A stretch of 64,000 nucleotides of DNA from Tubiluchus corallicola (GCA_030141605.1 JAQGDQ010002366.1:938660-1002659), one strand, 5' to 3'. Shown: positions 26,827 through 40,053, numbered from the stretch's first letter. Notes: a model not told the origin generated them from the sequence alone. Numbers and translations are program-made.

Positions 26827-29800
26827 ATTTCTACCGGGGATGAACTGGTTCCCTCCTTAGCCACGGCTTCCCCCCTGTGCAGCAGTAATGGGCACATTCC
26901 GATGTACGTGAAATCTGGCAAGAGCAGCGGCAAATTGTACATCAGTGGCATCTCCCATCCATACTACAAACAAAAGGTAAGTCATGTGGAACAGTATTAA
27001 AGGAAAACAGGATGATTTCTGAAGTATGGTAAGAAGTATGTATTTTAACACGTATGATAATGCCAAAACGCTTCTGATAATTAAATAATAGAACATTAAT
27101 TAATGGCGGGCAAGCCCAGCTAGTGATGACATCACAACTGAACATAATTTTAAACAGTGCAAACATTCCATGAACTTGTCAAATGTGGTTGTTATGGCAA
27201 AAAATGTAGTACAGTGCTACTGTACTATGTTTGGAGTGATATCCGAAAACTTGCAAAATTTTAAGTTTAAAATTCATATTTCAAATTTACCGTGAGCTAT
27301 CGAGCATGTGTAATACGTCGCAACCGAACATCTCCAACTGAGAGGTACAGCACCTATTTTTTGTGTAACACCTCCGAGACGTAAATGCTACTGCTCGTCT
27401 AACTAGCGAATGGTGAAGTGCATGTAACAGCGAAGAACCAGCTGCGCGAACACAAAATTATGTTTTTGTGGTAATTATTTTTTTCGCGTAACTCATTCCT
27501 GAAAAAATAGTTTGCTTCCTTTCAATATTTTACTGTTTACATTATTTTGACTTTGGGTCCGATTTTCCTTTAATTAAGCAACTTGATCATGCAAATTGTC
27601 CTGCTAGAGGGCAGTAGGTAACTACTACTTTTAAAGCAGCTGTTTTTTTTTTAATACATACTGCTATAACTATTTTGGTATCACAGTGACTGTGATATCT
27701 TCACAATAATTTTTGGTAAATACTAATTTATGATGTAATATGAGTAAATTGTAGAGTCACACAGTAAATGGGAAAGTTGCATACACATGTAATCAAACTC
27801 AAACTGCTAGTACGTATCAACAATAAAATCAGCAATTAAACAAACTAAATAAGAACTCAATTTATAATTATTGTTTTTTTATTCTCATAACACATTTCTA
27901 TGCAACAGAATGTTTTGGATGCCAGTAGACTTGTAGTTTAAAATCAGTGGTTGCTTAAGTTTAGGATCCCGTATCGTTTATCTACTAGAGTAATTAACTT
28001 GATGGAATTTCATCCCTAGTGATTTGCCTTTGTGCATTATGCAAAAGACATGTCGTGACCGTTTACCCTAGATTTCCATGATGATTTCTCTCTCTCTCTC
28101 TTACTCCCAGCCTTCTCACATATTCACGGATGCATTCAGGGGGGCTAAAATTGGAAAGAAACTAGCTTAACCTCGTTACTTGTTTCAGGTTAATGTGAGG
28201 GCAGAAACACAAAGAGCCTTGGCACTAGATGAGGCCTTAATAAATCATTTGTTGCCAAAAGAGCTTCTACTACGGTAAGTACACTGGAATGTAACTAACC
28301 AGCTAGCGGATGTAGATATCCTAGTTTAGTATGACTGGGTATTATCAAATATTTGATTGTGTACATTTTAAATTTCCGTTCATAATGTTGTATAAATACT
28401 GACTTGAGAAAGAATTAACAAAGATGGTTCAACTGTAGTCATATTAATTTTGAAAATGTGTTACTCTAGAAGGACCACTTATAGGATTTTTGCAAGTCCA
28501 TACACATTTACATCAGCGTCAGCTAATTAAATGTTTTATTATGCTTAAGCATTTATGTAATAGTTGCTGGATAGTACAATGGTAATTCTTAGATGCTGAA
28601 CAGGTTCGTAGTTTCAGTTTCTAGCTTCATTGAACATTTTCATGATGCATCTTATTTTGAAAATCATTAAATTATTAATAGGTCATCCAAATTTGTTGAT
28701 TTTTTTTTGTAATGGTTTATTAGTTAAAAAAAGACAAAGTTAGACAAACTTTTTAATTTTGCTTTGTTGCAGGATATTTTCATATCTAGATGTTGTAGCT
28801 CTGTGCAGATGTGCCCAAGTGTCGAAGGTATAAAAACACTAACTATTTTTGCTTTTCCTTTTTGCGATTTGTATTTCTTCTTAATCTGTTGCAAATGTGC
28901 CAAGACACTTATTTATATGTAGCAAAATCACCTGAAAGAGTTTGTATTTAGCCTTGACTTATGGTGAGCATATTATGTGTTGTTTTTTAAGCGAATTTGA
29001 GCTCCTCGAGTGTTTTTAGTTCATTTTTAAATTTTCTTGATAATCATTTCAAGACTTGTCTAAGCTCCACATTTGCAGTAACAGGAAGTACCAAATTTTG
29101 TTGGGTTGACCAGTGACTTTGACCCAGTGGTCATTTACAACTCCAGAAACTGTCATCAGTTGCACTACCAGATTTAAAAAATGATATTCCCAAAAACATC
29201 GGGGAAAGTAACTTGCAGGCAGACCTGAAAAATAGATTTTCCTCGATCATATAGTAAACGTTCTGGATTCTCTGTAGTGTACAACTATTTTGCATGTTTT
29301 GCTAAGACAAAAGTAAGTTTTCTATTGTATATTTCAGTACTGGAACTTATTGGCACTGGATGGCAGTAATTGGATGCATGTTGACCTGTTTGAGTTTCAA
29401 CGAGACATAGAGGGCGATGTCGTTCGAAATCTCGCAAAGAGATGTGGAGGATTTCTCAAGTCTTTAAGCTTACATGGTTGTCAAAGCGTTGATGATGGTG
29501 CTATGATGTAAGTTACAATGGATTTGCTTGGCACAGTTTAAGTGTATTAAATAGCTTGTAATAATAAAACTTCGAATATTTTCCTACCGATTCTACCAAC
29601 TGAAAGACGCCATGCTTTTATCAAGTTGTACGGGAAATGTGACCCTGCATTCTGAAACCAGACTTACGCAGACAGTTAGTTATAGATATCTTTGCATGTG
29701 CGGTGGCATAATCAGCCACAAAATTTACAAAATTTTACATTGTAAAATGAAGGAGCTAACGGAATTTATTAATAATGTACTCACTGTTGTTTTTATTTAT

Positions 29801-32800
29801 TTAAGTGGATGAAAGTAGATATATACATGTAGATGATGCATAAGTTGATGTAGATTAAATGTAGATGGGAAAAAAGTAGATGTTTCACACTGATTGGAAT
29901 CTGATAAATTATAGATGAGTTAATTATTAATTAATGGATTTTGGTCATTAGATTAAACACGGGAAAAACTGGCATTCACTGCCGAAGAATTAAACTTATG
30001 TGTTATCTAACTGAATGCTGACCTGTGTGCACCCTTGTGCAAATGGTCACAGATTAGGACAGTGGTCATTCACGGCAAGGGTCACAGTCACGATGTGGAC
30101 AAATACACGTTCAGGGAGCAACAATTCTTATAGCCAAGCTAGGAAATAACGTTCTATTGATTTTGTGCTTGAAGCAAATGCCATTGTATCCAACTAGGAA
30201 ACAATTTTCTTGTAAAGAGTTTTGCAAATGAAAAACCTACTGGAAAAAGCTGGATCTAGAAATGTTCAGGATAAAATTAGGAGAACGAGCATTCCGAGCA
30301 AACTGTTGAAGTTTAAAACTCCTTCCATAGACAAAGAGTCATAATGTGTGTAGTAGAAAAATTCGTTAAGTAAATCAAACTAGACTAGAATGACAATGCA
30401 GTTTTACAATTTTTTGTCTGGTGGACTAAAAGGGAAGTATGTTTTGCATCAACTTAGATGAGACTGTAGCCATTTTATAAAGATGAACATCAGAAGTTAG
30501 GTGTTTTTGTGGTTGATACATGGAGGTGATAAGCCACCCTGTTTTTTGACAGGTTTAAGCAATTTCTGTAAGATATTTCTGTATAATGTTGAGACCTAGC
30601 TTCTTCACATTAAAGGTGATACTCAGTTTAAAGTGGAATTAAGCAAGATGCTGTGAGAAGAACCACAAAAAAGGATAAACAAATTAGTACTTTTCAGCAA
30701 CTAATTGTGACTATGTTTGTTTCAGCACATTTGCTCAACAATGTAACAACATTGAGGAGCTTGATATTATCAACTGTAAACAAATCACCAATAGGCAAGT
30801 AAAGCTATTTTGTTCAATTAAATCAAATTGTCATTAGATGATTTTTATGCATCAGCATTAGCTGTTTTGTAGAAATAAGAGAGCTAGTAGACAAATCATT
30901 GAGTGTAAGATTTAGTGTGTAATATCAATATACAATAGTGTGTAATAGAATTTCGTATTTCATCAACACTATATGAAAGCAGGCTATGTGCACATGTGAA
31001 ATTTTTGCTGTTCTAAACTGGATTCTCATTTGCTTTTGATGAAGCTGTACTAAAAAGATTTATTAAAACGAAAGTAATTGTAGAGAGTGCTGCATTTTTA
31101 TGACTTGCTGCTCTCTAGACTGTTTTCTGAATCCAAAGTGTAAAACTTTTTGCTCTGTAAATCATTCATTATTAATTCTGAAATTGTTCTCTATAAAGCT
31201 GATTAATAATCTTGCAGAACGTGTGAGAATCTAGGGACTCACTGCTGCAAGTTACGAGTGCTAAAGATGGACTCCTGTGTACAGATAAATGATATATCAT
31301 TACAAGCTCTTAGGTAAAAACATACAATTAGTAGTTGGATAGTTGTAACCCACTATTATGCTTAGCCAAGCTGTAAAAATAAACGAGTTTACTGATATCT
31401 GAAGATGCGTGTTGTATTAAAGGCATTAACAGCTTGTAAGGGAAATAACTTGCTTGGATGTTTTTAACATTTATGAATATATATGCAACATTTGATATCT
31501 GAGCCAGATTGTTATAACTGTTACAGTTTGTACTTAGTGACCGAAGTTAACCAACACCATATTTGTTCTCTGTTTGGAAAACGCTTCTGGGTAGCTTCAT
31601 CTGTCTCACTGCTTCCGGCTATTTACCTGTGGGGAAGGATGTATACGAATCCAAACATGACACTAAGGCCTTGCAAAGCATTCTAGGGATATGCTTTTTA
31701 AAGTGTACTTTTTGTCGAAATCAGCAAATTTCACTATCTATTTATATATATGTGACAAAATAAATTGTTCCTGTGTCAGTCCAAACTACAGTTAACCTTC
31801 ATTTGTTTATATTCATAATGGCCTTGAATGAAACAGGAGGTATTAGTTTTAACGTTTTTGGTATGACCCGACCATGGAATCGAAACCATAAGTTCCTGAT
31901 AGAAAGTGAGAGCTTTACCACCTTGGCTACACTGCTGAGTCATGGTTGCCATATTAAGTTGTCTCTTCTGTTCTGTTTGCACTCCCATTCATCATTTGTG
32001 ATCAAAAAGATGTTTGTATCATCTCTTTTTTCTCATTAGCTTAACCTAAATGACATTTGTATTTTCCAGTCAAGGATGTCCATACTTAGAACTCATAAAC
32101 ATATCATGGACGAGCATCTCTGATACCGGTTTGGAGGTTCTCTGCCGAGGCTGTCCTAAGCTGAAAGCTCTCATACTTAAAGGATGCCATTCTGTAAGAT
32201 TTTCATTATACAGTGGCCGCCGCTTATTGTGGACACCTCGGGCCAGCAGTGTATGTCCATATTAAGCGGCTGTCCATATTAAGCGAAGTGACCCATGAAG
32301 ACCCTTCCCCTTCATTAAAAAAGGCAAAAAACTGTCTGTATCTACTCGTCTCCTGTTTTATTGAAAAAAAGAAATCAGACGAGTTTGTTTGGCAGGAAAC
32401 TTTTCTCTCAACCTTGAACGGAAGGAAGTTATCACAGTTTCGAAGCTCTCAAGGCCACGGCAAACGGCGAACTGACTGATGCAATGACTCACACAGGCAG
32501 CAGAGCGGGAAGCTCTTTTCAATCATGCGCGCAGGCCGTGGTTGGCACGGCTTGTCACGTGCCAAGAATGTTCGCTGTCCATATTAAGTGGCGGTTGTCC
32601 ATATTAACCGGCGGATTTTATTAGGGGAAAATTCCGTCCCTCGCGAGTTGTCCACAATAACCGGCTGTCCACAATAACCGTGTCCATAATAAGCGGCGGC
32701 CACTGTACTATCAATAAGTGCATCAGATGTTTCGTGTAACAGAGACATGCAAGTCTCACCTTTGAGGATTATTAAGTTTTGAATTAAGGATGTACCGTAT

Positions 32801-35800
32801 TCGGATTCCTATATCTGGTAATTTTAGTGGATCCGGATCCAATAGAAATTTTAGTCAGATTTTTCACTATTTGTATTTCTATTTTGCTATGTGTAAAACT
32901 ACCGAATGTGAAAAAATTGGAACGGGTAAGAAGAAATATATATAATAGTTTAATTACCTAAATAATTTATTAAAATCTTTGGAAGTTTACGAAAGTACTG
33001 CTTAGGTTTTATGCCACCTTCTTGTAACCTTAATGCTGCCATTCCTTGAAGCAAGTAGCACACAAAGGTAGTGCTATTGCTGGAAAAGTTTAGTCTGCTA
33101 ACAATTTAGAGCCATCTACTTCCAGAAAAGCATTGGTTGGCATTTTTAGTTTAAACCGAGTGTGTATCAAGTGTTGAAAATTACAGTACATCAACGTTTG
33201 CAGTGCTTCCACTTAAAATTACTTATTGACTCTGAAAATGGACAGGCGATGCAAGCATGTGAGCAGAATGTCAAATAAATGAAATATTGTTTTCAATCCG
33301 GATCCGATCCGGAACCCACAAATGTGGATCCGGTGTGTCCTTGTTTTGAATGACATAAAAATGATTGATTTTTCAGTCTTAATTTTCTTTTAGATTAGTG
33401 ACATGGGTCTACAGTCAGTTGGGTATTACGGACATGATCTAAGGCATTTAAACCTTAAAAACTGCTTCAAACCTTCTTTGAGTACGGTGAGTATCTTCTT
33501 AAAAGATAAGAAAATAAGTGTGTGAGCTTATGAAAAGCCACTAGATCTAAGGACTATTGAGAAAATGTTGATTTTGCAGTGAAAACAAAAATGATGTAAT
33601 GTGTAGTTTAAATTGAAATTTTTTGTAGTATTTAATACTATTTGATAATATGATATTGCTTAGATTGCAGTACTAGTACTATTAATGCTTTTAAAGAACA
33701 GGATCAGTAAATTTCACATGGAGTTGAAAAACTCTTCATGAAAAATGGCTAAAGTTTACAATTTTCCACACACAAGAAATTGGTTCGTGAAGCAGATTAG
33801 GATTAGGATTAAGGTCGGTAATAGTAATAGTAAATTTATTTAGCTTCATGAACTTAATACACTAGTTAAGATGTTAGTGCATATCATACAGATTAATATG
33901 AGCAGAGGTGATGAAAGACCATGCAGTCGCCCAGCTAGTCACCCCTATTTAGGTGTTGGTAATATTAACATTGTGCTAGTGGCAAATAATCAAAATCATA
34001 ATTACATTAATTCAATAAAAATACAAGCATGTCTATATACATACACTACTTACACACATACTTGTACATGCATACACTGAGAATGAGATTAGATAATAGA
34101 ATGATAATAATAAGAATAATGAGAAAAATAATACAGTCTTGAAGAAAATTTATGGGAGGTAGATTAACGATATTAAAGGAACTAAAATGGAAAATGAAAT
34201 GCCAAAATTATAAACTGAAGACCATAGTGATAGAGCTAATTTGGAATACTTAAATAATGTTAAAGATTTTGAGTAAATTGAATAGTTATATAAAGAAAAT
34301 GGTGTTTTAAAATTGTTAAGTTATTAAGTATATGACTGAAGTAATTCATTTCTATATTTTAACATTAGTGTTTTAATGGTTGTAGAAGTTTATACCTGGG
34401 CTTTAGGGAGTTCCATAAAATAGCTCCACGATGTTGTATTGTGCAGAAACCTTGATTGAATCTGCCCTGATATAAGTTACTATTTGCTGAGGCCCTAGTA
34501 TTGTAATTTTGAACATCAGATATTTCCGTAAAATAGTTGCTATATAGATAGGATAATATTCCCAAGTGGCAGCTTGAATTTGGCCTTTTCTAATTTATAG
34601 ATTTATATCCATTAGTTTCAGTAACCCTAGAGCAAATATATATGAGGGGGTACCCCATTGCCTGTAATTAGTAAAACTCATTAGCTTAATTATTTTGTTT
34701 TGTGCAATAATAAACGGTATAAAGCGCGGTCTCATTAGCTTTATTTAGTAGACAGTATTGAAGATAAGTGTTAATTAGAGCATAATAGGTTAGTTTTTCA
34801 GTTTCAGTATCCTTAGTTTCGATGTGTTACTGAGTTTGTATGCAATATTTTTTGCTTGCGTGACCAAGATATTTTACTGAGTTAACTTGTGCTATTTGAT
34901 TATTATTTAAATTAATTTTGAAATCTATATTAACATTTCTTTTAGTAACGATCATGTTTTTGGTTTTCTTATAATTTACAGAGTTTATTTGCATGCATTC
35001 AGGTATCTATTTTTACCAATTCTTCTGTTGTTTGAAGTCTGTGGGATTAAGGTTACGGTTACGTTAAGTTAGAGTATTTAAATCGGTTGGCGAATTGTAA
35101 CTGGAAGATATATATTATCTACAACTAATCTCACAACGTACAGCCATTTTAGTGGTGAACTGAAAAGCTAAAGCAGTTTTGTTAGTGCATAAATCACTGG
35201 CATATTAAAAATATATATTGTTTTCAGAATAAGCTTGTTTATAATCATTTTTCTGAACTATTGACACATACTGAAGTTGTGGGTCTCTGGTGTGTATTAT
35301 TCAGCTTTTTAAATTTTCTTCTATTGTCGTGACCCTTTCAAACAAGTAAATTGTACAGATGCTTTTGAGCATACTTCAGATTTTACTGATTTTCCCTTTT
35401 AACAGTTTATATCATTATTGCACAGTTAAATTACATCTTGATGTTTAAACATGTGAAAGTCTTATGTGTAAGCAAAATGTACGGTTTGCTTTGTATTTCT
35501 TCTATATAATCATTTTGGATGTTATACAGAGATTTGGGGATCGAGGTATTCGTTATATCGCAGAAGGCTGTCCAAAGCTAGAATTCTTGTGTATATCTGG
35601 TTGCTTCAATCTATCTGACTTGTCGCTAATCTCAATTAGTCAAGGTTGTCCAAAACTAAAGACCTTAGAAGTTGCCAACTGCTCACAGTTTTCTGATATG
35701 GGCTTCCAAGCTTTGGCAAAGGTAAAGAGTATTTCTTCAAATTGAAGTTGGTTGAAATTGGAATTAGCAACCTGAAAATTGTTTCTCATTTAAATGATTG

Positions 35801-38800
35801 TACCCTGCCAACTTTACACTGAAGCTGACCTGGGCGATATCAGAGAAATTATGAAAACTTTTGTCTAGTAATTGGCAGACATATAAACTGATATTTAGCA
35901 TTAGACTTTCAACCAGGGCTGGATTACCCTATAGGCTAATATAGATTGCAGCCTAGGTACCCCTACAGCATTGGGGGCCCAAAACTTGAGGAGCCCCGCT
36001 AAATGACTTTCAAATATAATCTTTTTTTTTGAAAAATAAGTATAATATTTTAATATTTTGCATTGCTGAATGATTCATTTAACATAAAATAAAGAGAGTG
36101 CCCAGGGAGTCCAAAAAACTGGTTATAAAAAACTGGCCCTTATTTGAGATAAAGGGTCACTGTTGGGACCCAAAAAGGTCATAATCTGGCCCTGCCTTCA
36201 ATGTATATCAAAGTGTAGTGTAAAGAAACAAATCTCAGCTACATGTATATTGTTCACAAGGTAACAGAACTTGAAGCTGAATCATCACAGTATTATAATC
36301 AAACAGTATTAAGAAAGTTAATTAAATCCATTCAGTCTACATTAACCACTGTAGTAATTTTGAAACCTCCCCTACGCAATTTATAAGTATACACCTCGAT
36401 AACTATTTCAGATAAAATCAGTGAGTCACTGCCAATATGCAATTACATTGGTACAGTGGTAGTCACACATTGAATAACATGGGTATGTCGTCTTCAGTCA
36501 CTCAAATGTAACTTGAGTGGAATTTCTCACTCACCAACCTGGCCAAAGTGCACACATCTTGTTGAGTTTATACTTCCTACATGTCATTACAAGAATAGCA
36601 GATCGAACTGATTATAGATACCATTTAGTCATATACACGTCTTTCAGTAGAAGATTTAGGGGAACAGACGTAATTGTGTTTAGTGTTGTTTCAGACACAA
36701 GTGACTGATTTAACAAGTATATTAATTTCCGAGACGTGACAATTTATCAGTTACCAAGAAGTTTAGCATGATTAGAGTAAATCTGTGTCATTCAGAATCA
36801 CGATAGGTGTTAACATCGCTAACAAATGTTCTTTCAGAACTGCCACGAGTTACGACGTATGGATCTGGAAGAATGTACACTCATTACTGATGCTGCTTTG
36901 CTGCATTTAGCAGCCGGGTGTCCAAAGCTAGAACGTTTGGTAAGTGTGAAATACTGAGCTGGTTGCTTTTTCCTGGTCTTGTAATTGTGAATCCTGTGCA
37001 TCCCTAACATAGTTAAGAACTTTAGGCAGTAATATTATGTATGGACAAGTAGAGTTGTGCATATACCAAAACTGCTTCTAATTCATAACCAGGGTTTCTA
37101 GTCGGGATTTTTTTCTGACAGAATTCATGGGGATTCGGTTCTGTCTTAGATATTACAGTGTTAATTTTAGTTTTGTGAAGGTGTCCTAATTGCTTTACCT
37201 TTCATTAAATTTTTTTTGACTTTTAATTTTCACGAAAAACTGAAATGGTAACTTCTGGGCCAAATTTCTTTCTTAGTTACAGAACTTTGAAGTTCATTTG
37301 TAATTCTTTATTTTTGAGCTAACTCGAATCTTGTAGTGTATGTAAAAATTTTGGAAAGAAACTTGCAATATCTTTTGCACACACACCTGTGCTTTTTTTG
37401 GTATTCACAGATGCACAGGTTCTTTCGACTAGAATTTGACCACAGTTAAACCCAGATGTTTAATTGGCATTCACCAAGAAAATATGTCAGTTATTTATCG
37501 TATTATTAGTATGGTAAATTATTTAAATTTATAGATATCAATAATCTATTAATTTAGTAGAAGCCTTGCTGGACATCGATACCTATTGATTCTATTTTTA
37601 CTTTTTTCTGTGTGTACGTGATTTAAACTTTCTGCACTGTTTTCCACGAAAATTGTTTGCTTTACTTAACAAGTTCTTATCTTTTAGGGTTTCTCGCATT
37701 GTGAGCTAATCACTGATGAAGGAATCGGTTACCTAGCACAAGGAGACTGTGGAGCAGATCATTTATTTGTTCTCGAACTGGACGGTTGCCCTTTAATTAG
37801 CGATTCAGCTTTGGACAAATTACATCGCTGCAAGATGCTGCAACGTGTTGAGTTGTATGATAGTCAAATGGTCACAAAAACCGGCATTAGTAGGCTGAAG
37901 GTAAATAATTCAGATTAGGTGACCCAAGCTCTTATAATATAAGGGGCCATCCACATGTAACTAGAGGCCAGAGCTGCGCTGTTTCAGCTGAGCTCCAGCC
38001 AGTTTATTTCTACAGCCGACCTAGCCAATAAGAAACCCAACTTTAGTTATTCCAGCCGCTAAGTGATGTGAGTCGAGCTAACCAATAATTTTGCCGACTG
38101 CGAAGATTTTCACTCTTGCCAATAAGCTACTGGCACAATTGATGTAAGTGGCTTATGATCATGATGAAATATGGCAAATGCATCGCAGATTCGAAATATT
38201 GGCAAACACATTGCCAGATGTGCGTGTACTGGCAGAGATACAAAACTTTAGAAATTTTTGAATGAGTAAACAGTCAATTCAAAATTAATGCACAATCAAT
38301 ATGCAAATAAGCAACGTTAGTCACGCGTATGGGATCATTTTGGTATTGGTTCGTCGGTAATCAAGATAAGCCTTGCCAAGGGTTGGATTTAAATTATATT
38401 TGCAATAAATCCATTGCTGTTTTATAATAATAAAAAAATGATCTCTGATGCATTATTTGAATTTGTACATCAGCTTCTTGCTGTGTATAAACAACACGAA
38501 TTATTTAAAAAATTAGTCTCGTTAATTTAACAGTTAACTAACAATTTGTCATTTGTTTCGTTAACAAAAATTTGCAGCTTCAGCTGACTTAGCTGATTTT
38601 TTGTCTAAGCCAACTCAGCTGAAGTCAGTCAACTTCAACTGACTCCTAGCCGATTTACTGTGTCAGCTGATGTAATAGCAACTGACTCAGTTTTAGCCTC
38701 TACATATAATGATATCGAGTTTTCGACCAATTTCGAGGGCCTGCCTTGCATTATAATGGAGTTATCATATGCCCTACCACTTATAATGATATGGTATCAC

Positions 38801-40053
38801 ACCGATGTAGATTTTTGTATATTTTATTCTTTCCTCTCCCAAGGACAGGTAACAACATCACTTGTGTTAATCAATGGCAAACCATCAGTGGATTCTACTG
38901 GTATCGAAGGTGAAGGCGGTGGCAGCCCAACTCGCTGAATTCATTCTCAATGACTGCAGATTCGTCCTCATCGCGGCCGATGTAGCATTGTCTGCTACTG
39001 GCACGCATGTTTCATAAAAGCCTGAAGTTGAAAAAAGCAAGATGACGATATCTTAACTAAATCACCTACCAACCTTGTGCTCTAGTGGCATTATCACATC
39101 TCCTGCCATGTACCATATATTTGACATCGTTAACCCTAACTTGTTAAAAGTATTCATAAGTTTTTTAATTTGTCATTTCATATTTTGCATTTTTATGTTT
39201 ATTTACATTTTGTATTGCTTTAGTACACTCGATCTGAATGTAAAGGAGCCTATGGCTCATTCTAGCTATCGAGTTTAAATAAAGATCTTATCTTATCAGT
39301 CAAACCTTTTTATACTGCCTACTTAGGGACAGCAAAAAAACATTAAGCAAGTTCGGCATTATGAGTTGCATTAACACACGTGTCTATACAAATACATATA
39401 TTTTTTACCAAAAATTTGAGCATTAAGCTGAGTAAGCGAGGCTAGCATGATAAGGGCATTATAACGAGGTTTGACTGTAGTTTGATGCTATCTTGCAAAG
39501 ATTACCGCATCCCCCCCCCCTTTTGTAGAAAGTTCACATCAAATTTTACTAGCTGAGAGTTTTCGTTTGTTGAATAAGCAAATTCAGACTTCATTATTAA
39601 TGAGATATTGGCAGTAATAAAGTTCCTAAATCTATGCACCCCTAAATCACACTCTTGTTTCATTAAAGTTTCAATAGTACCTTTGATGCATTTCATTGAA
39701 ATCGATAGTGCAATCTTACGAAGAAAAGCTATTATGTTTACCACTTATTTTAGAATAACTTCACAACCAGTTTTTTCTTTTTTTCGTAGGACTACACTAT
39801 TGAATAGACAAACTCAGATTTCATTATAATTGAGATATCGGAAATGATAAAGTTCTTGAAAGTCCTTTTGCTTCACCTGAAAATTTGACTGGATGTAACA
39901 AAATCCAATCTTTTAGAGGAGTGAAATACATTTTTTTTTCAGGTGCACCTACCAAATCTCAAGGTACATGCATATTTTGCACCGACAACGCCAACGAGTC
40001 CTACACCACACGCCACACCTCGCCGTTACAATTTGTGCTGCTGTATAATGTGA
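26827..40053 (+). CDS. FBXL20: F-box/LRR-repeat protein, FBXL2/FBXL20 orthologue (SCF substrate receptor with C-terminal CaaX); spliced, at least 12 coding exons
   Basis: Exons joined by hand with consistent phases: 26827-26976 (open throughout; in-frame ATG at 26902), 28189-28274, 28773-28827, 29338-29507, 30726-30794 (GC donor), 31218-31313, 32070-32193, 33394-33486, 35530-35721, 36838-36939, 37688-37900, 39943-40053. Translation gives the F-box DEALINHLLPKELLLRIFSYLDVVALCRCAQVSKYWNLLALDGSNW, then VDLFEFQRDIEG..KRCGGFLKSLSL, LRRs such as NCHELRRMDLEEC and SHCELITDEGI, and the end VHLPNLKVHAYFAP...CCCIM*. All closely resemble vertebrate FBXL2/FBXL20 from memory. 461 aa from ATG 26902. True start exon uncertain; FBXL2 versus FBXL20 cannot be resolved. 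Confidence 0.95.
30795..31217 (+). other. GC-AG intron in the FBXL2/20 gene
   Basis: Donor AG|GCAAGT and acceptor cttgcag|A. Only this phase-2 donor keeps the LRR frame (QITNR|TCENL); the nearby GT at 30799 is phase 0 and would frameshift. Confidence 0.85.
31560..31937 (-). mobile_element. tRNA-derived SINE in an FBXL intron
   Basis: Minus-strand head GCAGTGTAGCCAAGGTGGTAAAG (A box) ... GGTTTCGATTCC (B box), followed by GGTCGGGTCATACCAAAAACGTTAAAA. No complete cloverleaf; 3' boundary approximate. Confidence 0.6.
32211..32705. mobile_element. pogo/Tigger-like (Tc1/mariner) MITE, 495 bp, apparently young
   Basis: 26-bp TIRs CAGTGGCCGCCGCTTATT(G/A)TGGACAC with 1 mismatch, TA on both flanks, and internal TGTCCA(T/C)A(T/A)TAA repeats. 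Confidence 0.9.
32785..33343. mobile_element. hAT-type MITE
   Basis: Perfect 8-bp TSD TTTTGAAT (32777-32784 and 33344-33351). Degenerate TIRs TAAGGATGTACCG / CAAGGACACACCG and subterminal GGATCC/ATCCGG repeats. Confidence 0.85.
33820..34900 (-). mobile_element. Degenerate 3' fragment of a non-LTR retrotransposon (CR1/L2-like)
   Basis: ORF 34365-34565 reads YNTRAS...GAILWNSL, typical of the post-RT region of LINE ORF2. Simple-repeat tail near 33820-33840. Boundaries approximate. Confidence 0.55.
35914..36194. mobile_element. hAT (Tip100-like) MITE
   Basis: TIRs CAGGGCTGGATTA / CAGGGCCAGATTA. 8-bp TSD CTTTCAAC / CCTTCAAT (6/8). Related ends at 52225-52527. Confidence 0.8.
37090..37455. mobile_element. 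Degenerate hAT-like MITE
   Basis: Left CAGGGTTTCTAGTCGG; right CGACTAGAA..AAACCCAG interrupted by ~13 nt. No TSD. Confidence 0.35.
37962..38702. mobile_element. hAT-type MITE with CAGC(T/C)GA subterminal repeats
   Basis: TIRs TAGAGGCCAGAGCTG / TAGAGGCTAAAACTG. 8-bp TSD CATGTAAC / CATATAAT (6/8). Confidence 0.75.
39297..39477. mobile_element. Short pogo/Tigger-like MITE
   Basis: TIRs CAGTCAAACCTTTTTATACTGCC / CAGTCAAACCTCGTTATAATGCC; TA on the right flank. Confidence 0.7.
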
